A stretch of 64,000 bases of DNA from a virus: the IMG/VR virus record IMGVR_UViG_3300035698_010466, positions 26,936 through 90,935 of that record; one strand, 5' to 3'. The stretch's first letter is position 1; every line of letters begins with the position of its first letter. Positions 7,015 through 15,020 of this stretch are shown in pieces. Position numbers and translations under genes: made by a program. The notes under the pieces were generated by a model that searched no databases, had not been told where the DNA came from, and saw only the letters and a list, made by a program, of their open reading frames with translations.

Positions 7015-7524
7015 ATGATAGGTACAATTACAATAATTCAATCTTTAATAATAGTATCATATATTACTTTTCTTTTAATAAAATTTAAAGGACCTTTATC
7101 GTCGATATCACAATCATGGTATGCATTAAAGCCTTATAATTTAAGTTACTTATTTTATATTTTTATGATATCATTAGGTTTATGTATGGATTTTAGACAT
7201 GATCCTTTTTATTATATGTCAGGAATGGGTTTATTTTTAGTCGCAGGAGCGGCTGCATTTAGATCAAAATATAAAGGAACAAATATTCTACATTATACAG
7301 GAGTGTTATTAGCTACTGTTTTTGCTTTTTGGGGGCAATATTATAAAGTAGGTATATTACCACAGAGTATTAGTATACTCTCACTGGTCGCTCTGATATT
7401 TATCTTTTTTAGAAAGGATTATTTATGGTGGATAGAAATAGCAATATTCATATCAATAATGATAGGATTTGCAATACAAGATATGCGGGGTGGACTGGAG
7501 ATGGTTACCAGCTCGGGCTCATAA
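7015..7524 (+). CDS. multi-pass membrane protein; 3' end overlaps tRNA-fMet
   Basis: About six hydrophobic segments. Confidence 0.75.
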   Translation: MIGTITIIQSLIIVSYITFLLIKFKGPLSSISQSWYALKPYNLSYLFYIFMISLGLCMDFRHDPFYYMSGMGLFLVAGAAAFRSKYKGTNILHYTGVLLATVFAFWGQYYKVGILPQSISILSLVALIFIFFRKDYLWWIEIAIFISIMIGFAIQDMRGGLEMVTSSGS

Positions 7525-7562
7525 CCCGAACGACGAAGGTTCGATTCCTTCCCCCGCACCCA
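7484..7562 (+). tRNA. tRNA-fMet(CAT)-like, second copy
   Basis: TCGGG-CTCATAA-CCCGA; T1-A72; C73 then CCA. Confidence 0.85.
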
Positions 7563-7603
7563 TAACGCGGTTAGAGTTTCGCGTTTAAACAAAAACTCAA
7601 AAT

Positions 7604-7676
7604 TGACAGATAGCCCAAATGGTAGAGGGTCCGGCTGTTAACCGGAAAGATATAGGTTCGAACCCTATTCTGTCAG
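7604..7676 (+). tRNA. tRNA-Asn(GTT)
   Basis: TCCGG-CTGTTAA-CCGGA; G73. Confidence 0.85.
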
Positions 7677-7683
7677 CAAATAT

Positions 7684-7758
7684 GCTCGTGTGGTCAAAAT
7701 GGTAAAGGCGCTGGTTTTAGACACCAGAGATTTGAGGGTTCGACTCCCTCCATGAGTA
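7684..7758 (+). tRNA. tRNA-Leu(TAG) with short variable loop
   Basis: CTGGT-TTTAGAC-ACCAG; A73; no long V-arm. Confidence 0.85.
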
Positions 7759-7847
7759 CAAAGAAAGTAAGGTTAAAGATGATAGTCTGTAATAAAGCCG
7801 ACGACTATACGAGATGCATCTCGTTTCCGGTTATCTTTCTTTCTTTA

Positions 7848-7917
7848 GATGATATAACTCAATGGGTAGAGTAGGGCTTAGCGGCCTTAGTTACAGGTTC
7901 GAATCCTGTTATCATCG
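7848..7917 (+). tRNA. tRNA-like RNA with truncated anticodon loop (identity undetermined)
   Basis: Perfect acceptor, D and T arms; anticodon arm GGGCT-TAGC-GGCCT. Confidence 0.6.
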
Positions 7918-7937
7918 CAACAATAATATTCTGCATA

Positions 7938-8000
7938 AGGATGCCTACAGCAAACTAAACTAAACCAAACTTTTAATTTGAAAACACTGTGTATCCTGTA
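7938..8000 (+). ncRNA. ACAGCAA-scaffold RNA displaying a Lys(UUU) anticodon loop
   Basis: AGGATGC-CTACAGCAA...CAAA-CTTTTAA-TTTG...GTATCCT-GTA. Confidence 0.65.
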
Positions 8001-8003
8001 TAT

Positions 8004-8083
8004 GATCCTGTGGTGAAAATGGTAGACACGTTAGGTTTAAGCCCTAATGCTTATGCGTGCCGGTTCGAATCCGGCCAGGATTA
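8004..8083 (+). tRNA. tRNA-Leu(TAA)
   Basis: TTAGG-TTTAAGC-CCTAA; variable arm; A73. Confidence 0.9.
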
Positions 8084-8129
8084 CACGGTGGTTTTTCGAG
8101 GGTTCCACTTCAAATAAACCTGAGACCAT

Positions 8130-8204
8130 GCTCCTTTAGCTTAGTAGGTTTAAAGCGTGATTCTTACAAAATTGAGACCGGTGGTTCGAATCCACCAGGG
8201 AGTA
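8130..8204 (+). tRNA. tRNA-Val(TAC)
   Basis: TGATT-CTTACAA-AATTG. Confidence 0.9.
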
Positions 8205-8210
8205 CAATAT

Positions 8211-8283
8211 ACACGTATAGTTCAATCGGATAGAACATATGACTACGAATCATAAGATGAGGGTTCGATTCCTTCTATGTGTA
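8211..8283 (+). tRNA. tRNA-Arg(ACG)
   Basis: TATGA-CTACGAA-TCATA. Confidence 0.9.
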
Positions 8284-8297
8284 CAATAATTACAAAT

Positions 8298-8381
8298 GCC
8301 CCTGTATCTCATCGGTCTTCTAAACCGAGTCGTTAAATGAGTAATTGGAGTGACGTGTGGGTTCGATTCCCTCCAGGGGTT
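8298..8381 (+). tRNA. tRNA-Arg(TCT) lacking a D-arm, with an enlarged variable region
   Basis: GCCCCTG/CAGGGGT; only TATCTCA before TCGGT-CTTCTAA-ACCGA; 26-nt variable stem-loop. Confidence 0.7.
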
Positions 8382-8472
8382 CTAAAATTCAGTTTTCTGA
8401 CACCTAGGGTTAGTGAATAATTTAAAGCAGAACATAAGTGGTACACAAGTCCACGACTGAATTTTTTGACAT

Positions 8473-8543
8473 ACGTCTGTATCTTAATGGTAAAGTACTG
8501 GTCTCCAAAACCAGCAATGGGGGTTCGACTCCTCCCAGGCGTG
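8473..8543 (+). tRNA. tRNA-Trp(CCA)
   Basis: CTGGT-CTCCAAA-ACCAG; G73. Confidence 0.9.
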
Positions 8544-8553
8544 CACATAACAT

Positions 8554-8628
8554 CGATACGTGGCCAAGTAGGTGAAGGCACCTGGCTGATAACCAGGAGA
8601 TGCGCAGGTTCAATTCCTGCCGTATCGA
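8554..8628 (+). tRNA. tRNA-Ile(GAT)
   Basis: CCTGG-CTGATAA-CCAGG. Confidence 0.9.
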
Positions 8629-8633
8629 CATAA

Positions 8634-8718
8634 GGAAGGCTGACAGAAAGGTATTGTATTAGTTTGCTAAACTAAAGTCTGTGTCAAACCAGTGGGGGTT
8701 CGAATCCGCCGCCTTCCT
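8634..8718 (+). tRNA. tRNA-Ser(GCT)
   Basis: TTAGT-TTGCTAA-ACTAA; long variable arm. Confidence 0.9.
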
Positions 8719-8750
8719 CAAAAAATATTTTAAAAATAATCACCCAAAAA

Positions 8751-8797
8751 TTTTTATTTCCCAATAAAATTGATTATATTTAATTATAATTAAAAAC
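8751..8797 (+). promoter_or_regulatory. early-promoter repeat motif
   Basis: Near-identical to the core of the 1503-1910 repeats. Confidence 0.7.
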
Positions 8798-8804
8798 GGA
8801 AATA

Positions 8805-8972
8805 ATGAAAGTAACAATAATGAAAATGAAACACACCTTATTAGTTGAAGACAAAAAAGGTAAAGAGTCTCAAATTCCATTATGGGCTTTGATTGATGAA
8901 TGTGGTCATACTATGATACAAGTTTATAGTAAAGAAGAACCAATAGAATTACAAAAAGAATTAGAAAAATAG
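8805..8972 (+). CDS. small hypothetical protein (55 aa)
   Basis: Open frame directly after the promoter motif. Confidence 0.5.
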   Translation: MKVTIMKMKHTLLVEDKKGKESQIPLWALIDECGHTMIQVYSKEEPIELQKELEK

Positions 8973-9081
8973 AAAATTATTGATTAAGTGTACTAAGGTT
9001 CTGATACCAAGCTGTAAACGCGCAAGGAGGATATACCGACATCGCTGGTATGAGAAAACATGCTAATCAATATATAAAAAT

Positions 9082-9208
9082 TAATCCCGTAAAAGCAATT
9101 AAGAATGTATGCATACAATCGGTATTTTTAAGTTGCAACTTGAAGGCACCCCGTCATTGATGGTACTAATGTTCGACTCATTGGCAATGAATTAATTGTG
9201 AGGGATTA
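9082..9208 (+). ncRNA. stem-closed RNA containing an internal T-arm/acceptor-like minihelix
   Basis: TAATCCC/GGGATTA and CAATTAA/TTAATTG stems; TAATG-TTCGACT-CATTG. Confidence 0.5.
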
Positions 9209-9211
9209 TAT

Positions 9212-9285
9212 GGCGAGGTAGCTTAGTTGGTCAGAGCGTCGGAATCATAACCCGAAGGTCACCGGTTCGAAACCGGTCCTCGCTA
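9212..9285 (+). tRNA. tRNA-Met(CAT), elongator
   Basis: GGCGAGG/CCTCGCT acceptor; loop ATCATAA. Confidence 0.9.
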
Positions 9286-9287
9286 CA

Positions 9288-9487
9288 TTAAAAGAATGTC
9301 CATCGCTCGTAAGAGAGGAAGTTCAGGACATCGCAGTTTAAGGCAGGAGATTCAACGCTTATCGGAATCGTTCGTACTGCCGAGGATGCAACTTCAAAAC
9401 AGCTTAGAGGATGAACTGCTCATAAAGCAAGGTAGAAGGCAAAGATAAATGATGGACCACGACAGGATCCTGGCTATATTCTTTTAA
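9288..9487 (+). ncRNA. rnpB: minimal RNase P RNA (~200 nt)
   Basis: P4 signatures GAGGAAGTTCAGG and ACAGGATCCTGGCTATA; P1 TAAAAGAAT/ATTCTTTTA; P2 GTCCATC/GATGGAC. Confidence 0.85.
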
Positions 9488-9608
9488 AAATTAAATTGAG
9501 TGGTAGTAGGACGGAATATTGTAGGTTGCTGGACACAAACCGCAATAAAGGTAAAGCTCTAAATTGTAAAATCCAGTAAGGGCGAATAAAGTAACTCAAT
9601 TTTTATAT

Positions 9609-9683
9609 GGTGTTTGAAGCATTAAGGTGATGCGTCTGACTGTGACTCAGAAGAACTTGGATCAATACCAAGCTAATACCCCA
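9609..9683 (+). tRNA. tRNA-His(GTG)
   Basis: G-1, C73, CCA; TCTGA-CTGTGAC-TCAGA. Confidence 0.9.
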
Positions 9684-9717
9684 ATTTAATAAGTATAAAT
9701 ATTTTAAATTAATTAAC

Positions 9718-10227
9718 ATGAGCAAGTATACAAAAACATTAGTCGTTGATAATAGTTATATTCCACGAAGTATAATTCGTACAGAAAGAGCCTTTGTTAT
9801 TTCATATAAAGGAAATGCTGATGTTATTGCAGAACATCCAGAATCATTTAAGTTAGTTAATCCTAATTTAGATATTTTAAAGCCATCAATAATTAAAGTA
9901 CACAGATTTATTAATTCTCCATTTTATAAAGTTCCTTTAACAAGAGTGAATGTTTTTAGACGTGATAATTTTGAATGTGTATATTGTGGAAAGGGTGATC
10001 ATAAAAAAGAATTAACTCTTGACCACGTAATTCCTAAATCAAAGGGTGGTCCAGATTCTTGGGATAATTTAGTAACTGCATGCAAATCATGTAATATCGA
10101 AAAATCTGATTTAACTTTAGAAGAATGGGGTAAGGAAATTCCTAAACCACATAGACCACATTATTTAATGTTAATAAAAAAATTAGATTATGTTCCAGAA
10201 GAATGGAAAAAATACTTATTATTCTAA
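9718..10227 (+). CDS. HNH endonuclease
   Basis: RDNFECVYCG...LTLDHVIPKSKGG...WDNLVTACKSCN. Confidence 0.92.
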   Translation: MSKYTKTLVVDNSYIPRSIIRTERAFVISYKGNADVIAEHPESFKLVNPNLDILKPSIIKVHRFINSPFYKVPLTRVNVFRRDNFECVYCGKGDHKKELTLDHVIPKSKGGPDSWDNLVTACKSCNIEKSDLTLEEWGKEIPKPHRPHYLMLIKKLDYVPEEWKKYLLF

Positions 10228-10229
10228 AC

Positions 10230-10254
10230 AAAGCCTGATTAATTTCAGGTTTTT
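10230..10254 (+). terminator. intrinsic terminator
   Basis: AAAGCCTGA/TCAGGTTT stem followed by Ts. Confidence 0.6.
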
Positions 10255-10256
10255 AT

Positions 10257-10337
10257 GAAGGTGTACCTAAGCGGCCAAAGGGGATGGATTGCAAATTCAT
10301 TGCGAAAGCTTCGTCAGTTCGAATCTGACTACCTTCT
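10257..10337 (+). tRNA. tRNA-Cys(GCA) with extended variable arm
   Basis: ATGGA-TTGCAAA-TTCAT; U73; GC-GAAA-GC variable hairpin. Confidence 0.85.
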
Positions 10338-10428
10338 CTCTTTCAGAAATCATATACTTAGTTTATATTTTAATTAAACTAATGTTAATATATGCTATAT
10401 AAAAATATAGATAATTTAAAAATCCAAT

Positions 10429-12306
10429 ATGTCTAAAAACATTGAACAAAAATATCAAAAACTTACTGATACTGAGCATGTTCTGAAAAGACCAGGCATG
10501 TACATAGGTTCAATTAAACCTCACACAGAAGAAGTTCATCTTATTAACGATAAATCAAAAAGCTTTGAATTACAAGAAATTACTTATAATCCAGGTTTTT
10601 TGAAAATCTTTGACGAGATTATTTCTAACTCTATTGACGAACATAAAAGAAATCCTAAGCTTAATCAGATTAAAGTTAATATTGATTTAGAAACTTCTAA
10701 AATTTCTATTTGGGATAACGGAGGTATACCTGTTGAAATCCATAAAGAATATGATGAATGGGTACCTGAAATGATTTTCAGTAATCTTAAAGCTGGAAGT
10801 AATTTCGATGATACTGAAGAACGAATTGTTGTTGGTACAAATGGAGTTGGGAGTACGGTTACAAATATTTTTAGTACAATGTTTACTGTTGATACATGCG
10901 ATGGTAAAAAAAGGTTTGTACAAGTTTATTCTGATAATATGTCAAAACGAACTAAACCTAAAATTATAAAAGCTAAAAGAGCATTTACTGAGATTACATA
11001 TATACCTGATCTTAAAAGATTTGGTATGAAAACTATTGATAAAGCTTCACTTAAAATGATTAAGAAAAGACTTTATGATATTGCAGCATGTAATCCTAAA
11101 ATGAAAATTAAATTAAATGGAGATACTATTTTATTTAGAACATTCAAAGAATATTCTGAGTTATATGTAACTCCTGTTTTTTATGAACAATCAAATAATT
11201 GGCAAATCGGAATAGGTCATTCAACAAATGGATTTAAAGCAATTTCATTTGTAAATTCAGTAGAAACAAAAGATGGTGGTAGTCATGTAAATAATATAGC
11301 ATGGCAAATTACACAAGATCTTAGAGAAAGAATAAAAAGAAAATATCGTGTTGATGTAAAACCATCAGAACTTAAGCAACATCTTTATTTGTTTATTAAT
11401 TCTACTATTATTAATCCAGCATTTTCTTCACAAACAAAAGAAAAGCTTATAACAGAGCCAAAAGAGTTTGGAGAAATTCATGTACTTTCAGACAGAATTT
11501 TAAAGCAAATTTTTAATTCTGAAATTATTCAATCTGTATTAGATTGGATTGAACGAAAGAAAGAAGCTGAAGAAAGAGCTAAATTAAGAAAGCTTAATAA
11601 GAATCTTGATAAAACAAAAGTTATAAAATTAATTGATGCTAAGAAACGTACTAAAAGAGAAAAATGTACATTAGCAATTTTTGAGGGTGACTCAGCCCAA
11701 AGTGCGTTTCGTCGTTATAGAGATCCTCAATTACAAGGTGCATTTCCATTGAGAGGTAAATTTGTTAATGTACGAGAAATTCCTGATTCAAAGGTAGTTC
11801 AAAATAAAGAAGTACAAGGATTAATGGCTGCAATAGGTTTAAAGATTGGACACGAACCTAAAGATTTAAGATATGGTAAATTACTTGTGTATACTGATGC
11901 GGATTTTGATGGTTCAGGTATTGCAGGATTACTTATAAATTTCTTAGGCAAATATTGGCCAGAATTATTTGAACAAGGAATTGTATTAAAGGTTGAAACT
12001 CCAATCATAGTTGCTAAAAAGGGAAAAGAAACTTTGATATTTTATTCCGATGAAGAATATAAAGAATGGGAAAAGAAACAACGAAGTTTAAAATCATGGG
12101 ACATTGAATATAAGAAAGGATTAGCTGCATTGGAAGATGAAGAATATAAAGAAATTATTAAACATCCTCATGCATATATTCTTAAAAAAGATAATAATTT
12201 TAATTTAACCCTAAATACGTGGTTTGCAGGTGACTCTGCTCCCCGTAAACACAAGATATTAGGTAAACCAGTAATTAATAAACAGAGTAAAAAATCTTTA
12301 TTTTAA
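10429..12306 (+). CDS. type IIA DNA topoisomerase, ATPase/TOPRIM subunit (T4 gp39+gp60-like)
   Basis: EHVLKRPGMYIGS, DEIISNSIDE, EGDSA, PLRGK, YTDADFDG, YKKGL. Confidence 0.95.
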   Translation: MSKNIEQKYQKLTDTEHVLKRPGMYIGSIKPHTEEVHLINDKSKSFELQEITYNPGFLKIFDEIISNSIDEHKRNPKLNQIKVNIDLETSKISIWDNGGIPVEIHKEYDEWVPEMIFSNLKAGSNFDDTEERIVVGTNGVGSTVTNIFSTMFTVDTCDGKKRFVQVYSDNMSKRTKPKIIKAKRAFTEITYIPDLKRFGMKTIDKASLKMIKKRLYDIAACNPKMKIKLNGDTILFRTFKEYSELYVTPVFYEQSNNWQIGIGHSTNGFKAISFVNSVETKDGGSHVNNIAWQITQDLRERIKRKYRVDVKPSELKQHLYLFINSTIINPAFSSQTKEKLITEPKEFGEIHVLSDRILKQIFNSEIIQSVLDWIERKKEAEERAKLRKLNKNLDKTKVIKLIDAKKRTKREKCTLAIFEGDSAQSAFRRYRDPQLQGAFPLRGKFVNVREIPDSKVVQNKEVQGLMAAIGLKIGHEPKDLRYGKLLVYTDADFDGSGIAGLLINFLGKYWPELFEQGIVLKVETPIIVAKKGKETLIFYSDEEYKEWEKKQRSLKSWDIEYKKGLAALEDEEYKEIIKHPHAYILKKDNNFNLTLNTWFAGDSAPRKHKILGKPVINKQSKKSLF

Positions 12307-13649
12307 TGAAAAGTAAAACAGTTACAGAATTCTTTGATAAAGAATATTTAGATTATGCTAAGTATGTAGTAACTTCTAGGGCTATACCACATTGTATAGA
12401 TGGATTCAAGCCAACACAACGAAAAATAATTTATGTTGCTAATAATATCTGGAAAACCGGAAATGAAAAGCAAATGAAATTATTTCAATTAGGAGGACGT
12501 GTTGCTGCGGATTCATACTACCACCACGGCGATTCTTCAATGAGTTCTGCTATTGTTGGAATGGCTCAAAAGTTTAAAAATTCAATACCATTGCTCGAAG
12601 GTATTGGACAGTTTGGTTCTTTACGTTCTCCTGCTGCAGGTGCTCCAAGATACATTAGTGGAAAGCTCCATAAAAATTTCAGGTTAATTTATAAAGACTT
12701 TGAATTATTAGAAAATAAAATAGAAGAAGGTAATAAAATTGAACCTAATTTCTTTTTACCAATTATTCCAACTGTCATATTAAATGGATCTTCCGGTATT
12801 GCGATTGGATTTGCTACAAACATTCTTAATCGTAAACCTATTGATGTTGTTAATGCATGTTTGGATGAACTTAAAAATAAGAAACTTAAAACTCTTCCAC
12901 CTTGGTTATCAGAATTTCATGGTACATACGAAAGAAATCCTGAAAATCCAAATACATGGAATATTCTAGGTAGCTATAAAGTAATCAATACAACAACAGT
13001 AAATGTTACAGAAATTCCACCATCATTTACATATGAAAAGTATGAAGAGCATTTAAATAATTTAGTTAATAAAAGAATTATTACAGGTTATGAAGATAAT
13101 TCATCTGAAAAATTGGAATATGTAATTAAGTTTCAAAGATCTATTTTAGCAACTTATGTTAAGAAAGATACATTACATCGATTGTTAAAAATTAATTCAC
13201 AAGAAACTGAAAATTTAACTACGATTGATGAAAATGGAAATCTAAAAATATTTGAAAGAGTTGAAGATATTGTTAAACATTTTGTTACAATTCGTTTAGC
13301 ATATTATTTTAAAAGAAAGGAGTATCTTTTAGCCAAACTTAAACAAGAACTGTTAATACTTTCAAATAAAGCAAGATTTATAAAAGATATCATTGATAAA
13401 AAATTATTGGTTAATAATATACCAAAGCAAAAAATCATTGATTATTTAGAAAAGAAAAAGTATGATCTTGTAGAACAATCATATAACTATCTTTTGAACA
13501 TGCCAATATATTCATTAACAAAAGAACGATTTAATGAACTCTTAAAACAAATAGAAGTAAAAAAATCTGAGATCGTAATAATTAAGAATACTGACGCTAA
13601 AGATATGTATATAAAAGATTTAGATCAGCTTAAACAAGTGATCAAATAA
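12306..13649 (+). CDS. type IIA DNA topoisomerase, breakage-reunion subunit (T4 gp52-like)
   Basis: RAIP..DGFKPTQRK, YHHGDSS, APRY catalytic Tyr. Confidence 0.95.
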   Translation: MKSKTVTEFFDKEYLDYAKYVVTSRAIPHCIDGFKPTQRKIIYVANNIWKTGNEKQMKLFQLGGRVAADSYYHHGDSSMSSAIVGMAQKFKNSIPLLEGIGQFGSLRSPAAGAPRYISGKLHKNFRLIYKDFELLENKIEEGNKIEPNFFLPIIPTVILNGSSGIAIGFATNILNRKPIDVVNACLDELKNKKLKTLPPWLSEFHGTYERNPENPNTWNILGSYKVINTTTVNVTEIPPSFTYEKYEEHLNNLVNKRIITGYEDNSSEKLEYVIKFQRSILATYVKKDTLHRLLKINSQETENLTTIDENGNLKIFERVEDIVKHFVTIRLAYYFKRKEYLLAKLKQELLILSNKARFIKDIIDKKLLVNNIPKQKIIDYLEKKKYDLVEQSYNYLLNMPIYSLTKERFNELLKQIEVKKSEIVIIKNTDAKDMYIKDLDQLKQVIK

Positions 13650-13677
13650 TGTATATAAAAATAAAATAAAGAATAAT

Positions 13678-13905
13678 ATGTTAATAGAACAAACATCTAA
13701 AACTGATTCTTCAATGATAAAGAATGTAGTTTATAATTTTTCTACAAGCGGATTAAAAGTAGAATTCATGAATGGATCTGTTTATGAATATGCTGAAGTA
13801 GATCCTGTTGTATATTCTGCATTATGTGAAGCAGAATCTCAAGGTAAGTATTTTAATGAAAACATTAAGAATAGTTACAATCATTCAAAATTATTATTAG
13901 GATAG
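13678..13905 (+). CDS. KTSC domain protein
   Basis: SSMIKNVVY...LKVEF..GSVYEY..V...Y..L..AES.GKYFNENIK. Confidence 0.85.
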   Translation: MLIEQTSKTDSSMIKNVVYNFSTSGLKVEFMNGSVYEYAEVDPVVYSALCEAESQGKYFNENIKNSYNHSKLLLG

Positions 13906-14384
13906 TGAATAAGATCATATTGGTAGGGAAGGCTGCTTCTGGTAAAGATCATATGAGAGAGATATTGGAAGGCCGTGGATTTATCTATGGCATTTCATAT
14001 ACTACACGACCTCCTAGAGAGGGTGAAATTGATGGTAAAGATTATTATTTCGTTACTGATTCAGATTTTAAAGATAAAATTGAAACTAATTTCTGGTATG
14101 AATATGTAGAATTTAACGGGTGGTATTATGGTACAAGCGTTGAGCAATTTAAACGTACTTGTAATTTATTCATAATGACACCAAAGGGAGTCAATTTTAT
14201 TGATCCTATTGATAGAAAAGAATGTACAATAATTTATTTGAATATTCCAATTGAAGCAAGAAGAGAGCGATTATTAAATCGATTTATGCCGGGTGATAGT
14301 CTTGAACGTAGATTATATGCTGATGAAAGTGATTTTGAATTATTTGATGATTATGATATTCTTATAAATAATGAAAAATTTTAA
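13905..14384 (+). CDS. gmk: guanylate kinase-like nucleotide kinase
   Basis: GKAASGKD P-loop, SYTTRPPREGEIDGKDYYFV, YYGT. Confidence 0.85.
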   Translation: MNKIILVGKAASGKDHMREILEGRGFIYGISYTTRPPREGEIDGKDYYFVTDSDFKDKIETNFWYEYVEFNGWYYGTSVEQFKRTCNLFIMTPKGVNFIDPIDRKECTIIYLNIPIEARRERLLNRFMPGDSLERRLYADESDFELFDDYDILINNEKF

Positions 14385-14386
14385 AA

Positions 14387-15017
14387 ATGACAAAAATAAA
14401 TAATGGGTCCCTTCAGAGCAAGTTCATTGTCCTCGAGGGACCTGACTAAAGGCAACACTGGAAAGAATACTCAACAAGATTTGATAATTGAAAAGTTATC
14501 AAATACTGTGTTTCATAAGATACATTATTCATCATTACCATTTAAAGATGATAAGATTAAACATATTAAATATTCTAGTAAGATGTATGATGATATGTTT
14601 AAACTTATGACTTTGTGTAAAGATAAAGATATCAATATTATTTTTAATAGATCTCATTTGGGTGAAACTGTGTATTCACCTCTATATAGAAATTACTTAG
14701 GTGATTATGTATTTGATATTGAAAAGAAATATGTAAATGATTTAAGAGAAGAACTTTACTTGATTACTTTAGTAAACGATCCTGAAATTATTTTTAAACG
14801 CGATGATGGTAAATCATTTTATAAAGATATTGAAGGAGTAAAGGCTGATGTTGATGGATTTATACGAGCTCATAGGTTAAGTAATATTAAAAATAAACTT
14901 TTATTACAAATTGGGACAATGGATCCTGTTGAAGTTAATAATATAATTCTTGAGTTTTTAACTCATGAAAATACATTAGAAGAAACTAATATTGAACAAT
15001 TAAAAATTAATATGTAA
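14387..15017 (+). CDS. dNMP (thymidylate-like) kinase; P-loop interrupted by 7 extra nt
   Basis: ATG at 14387 gives KFIVLEGPD*; NTGKNTQ follows in another frame; later FNRSHLGETVYSPLYR. Confidence 0.7.
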
Positions 15018-15020
15018 TAA

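Noticed and set aside
2233-10337. Theta/HDV-like or hammerhead ribozymes and group I introns next to tRNAs
   Set aside because: I could not fit the required nested pseudoknot, CUGANGA/GAAA core or P7 motifs by eye; a covariance search is needed to exclude them
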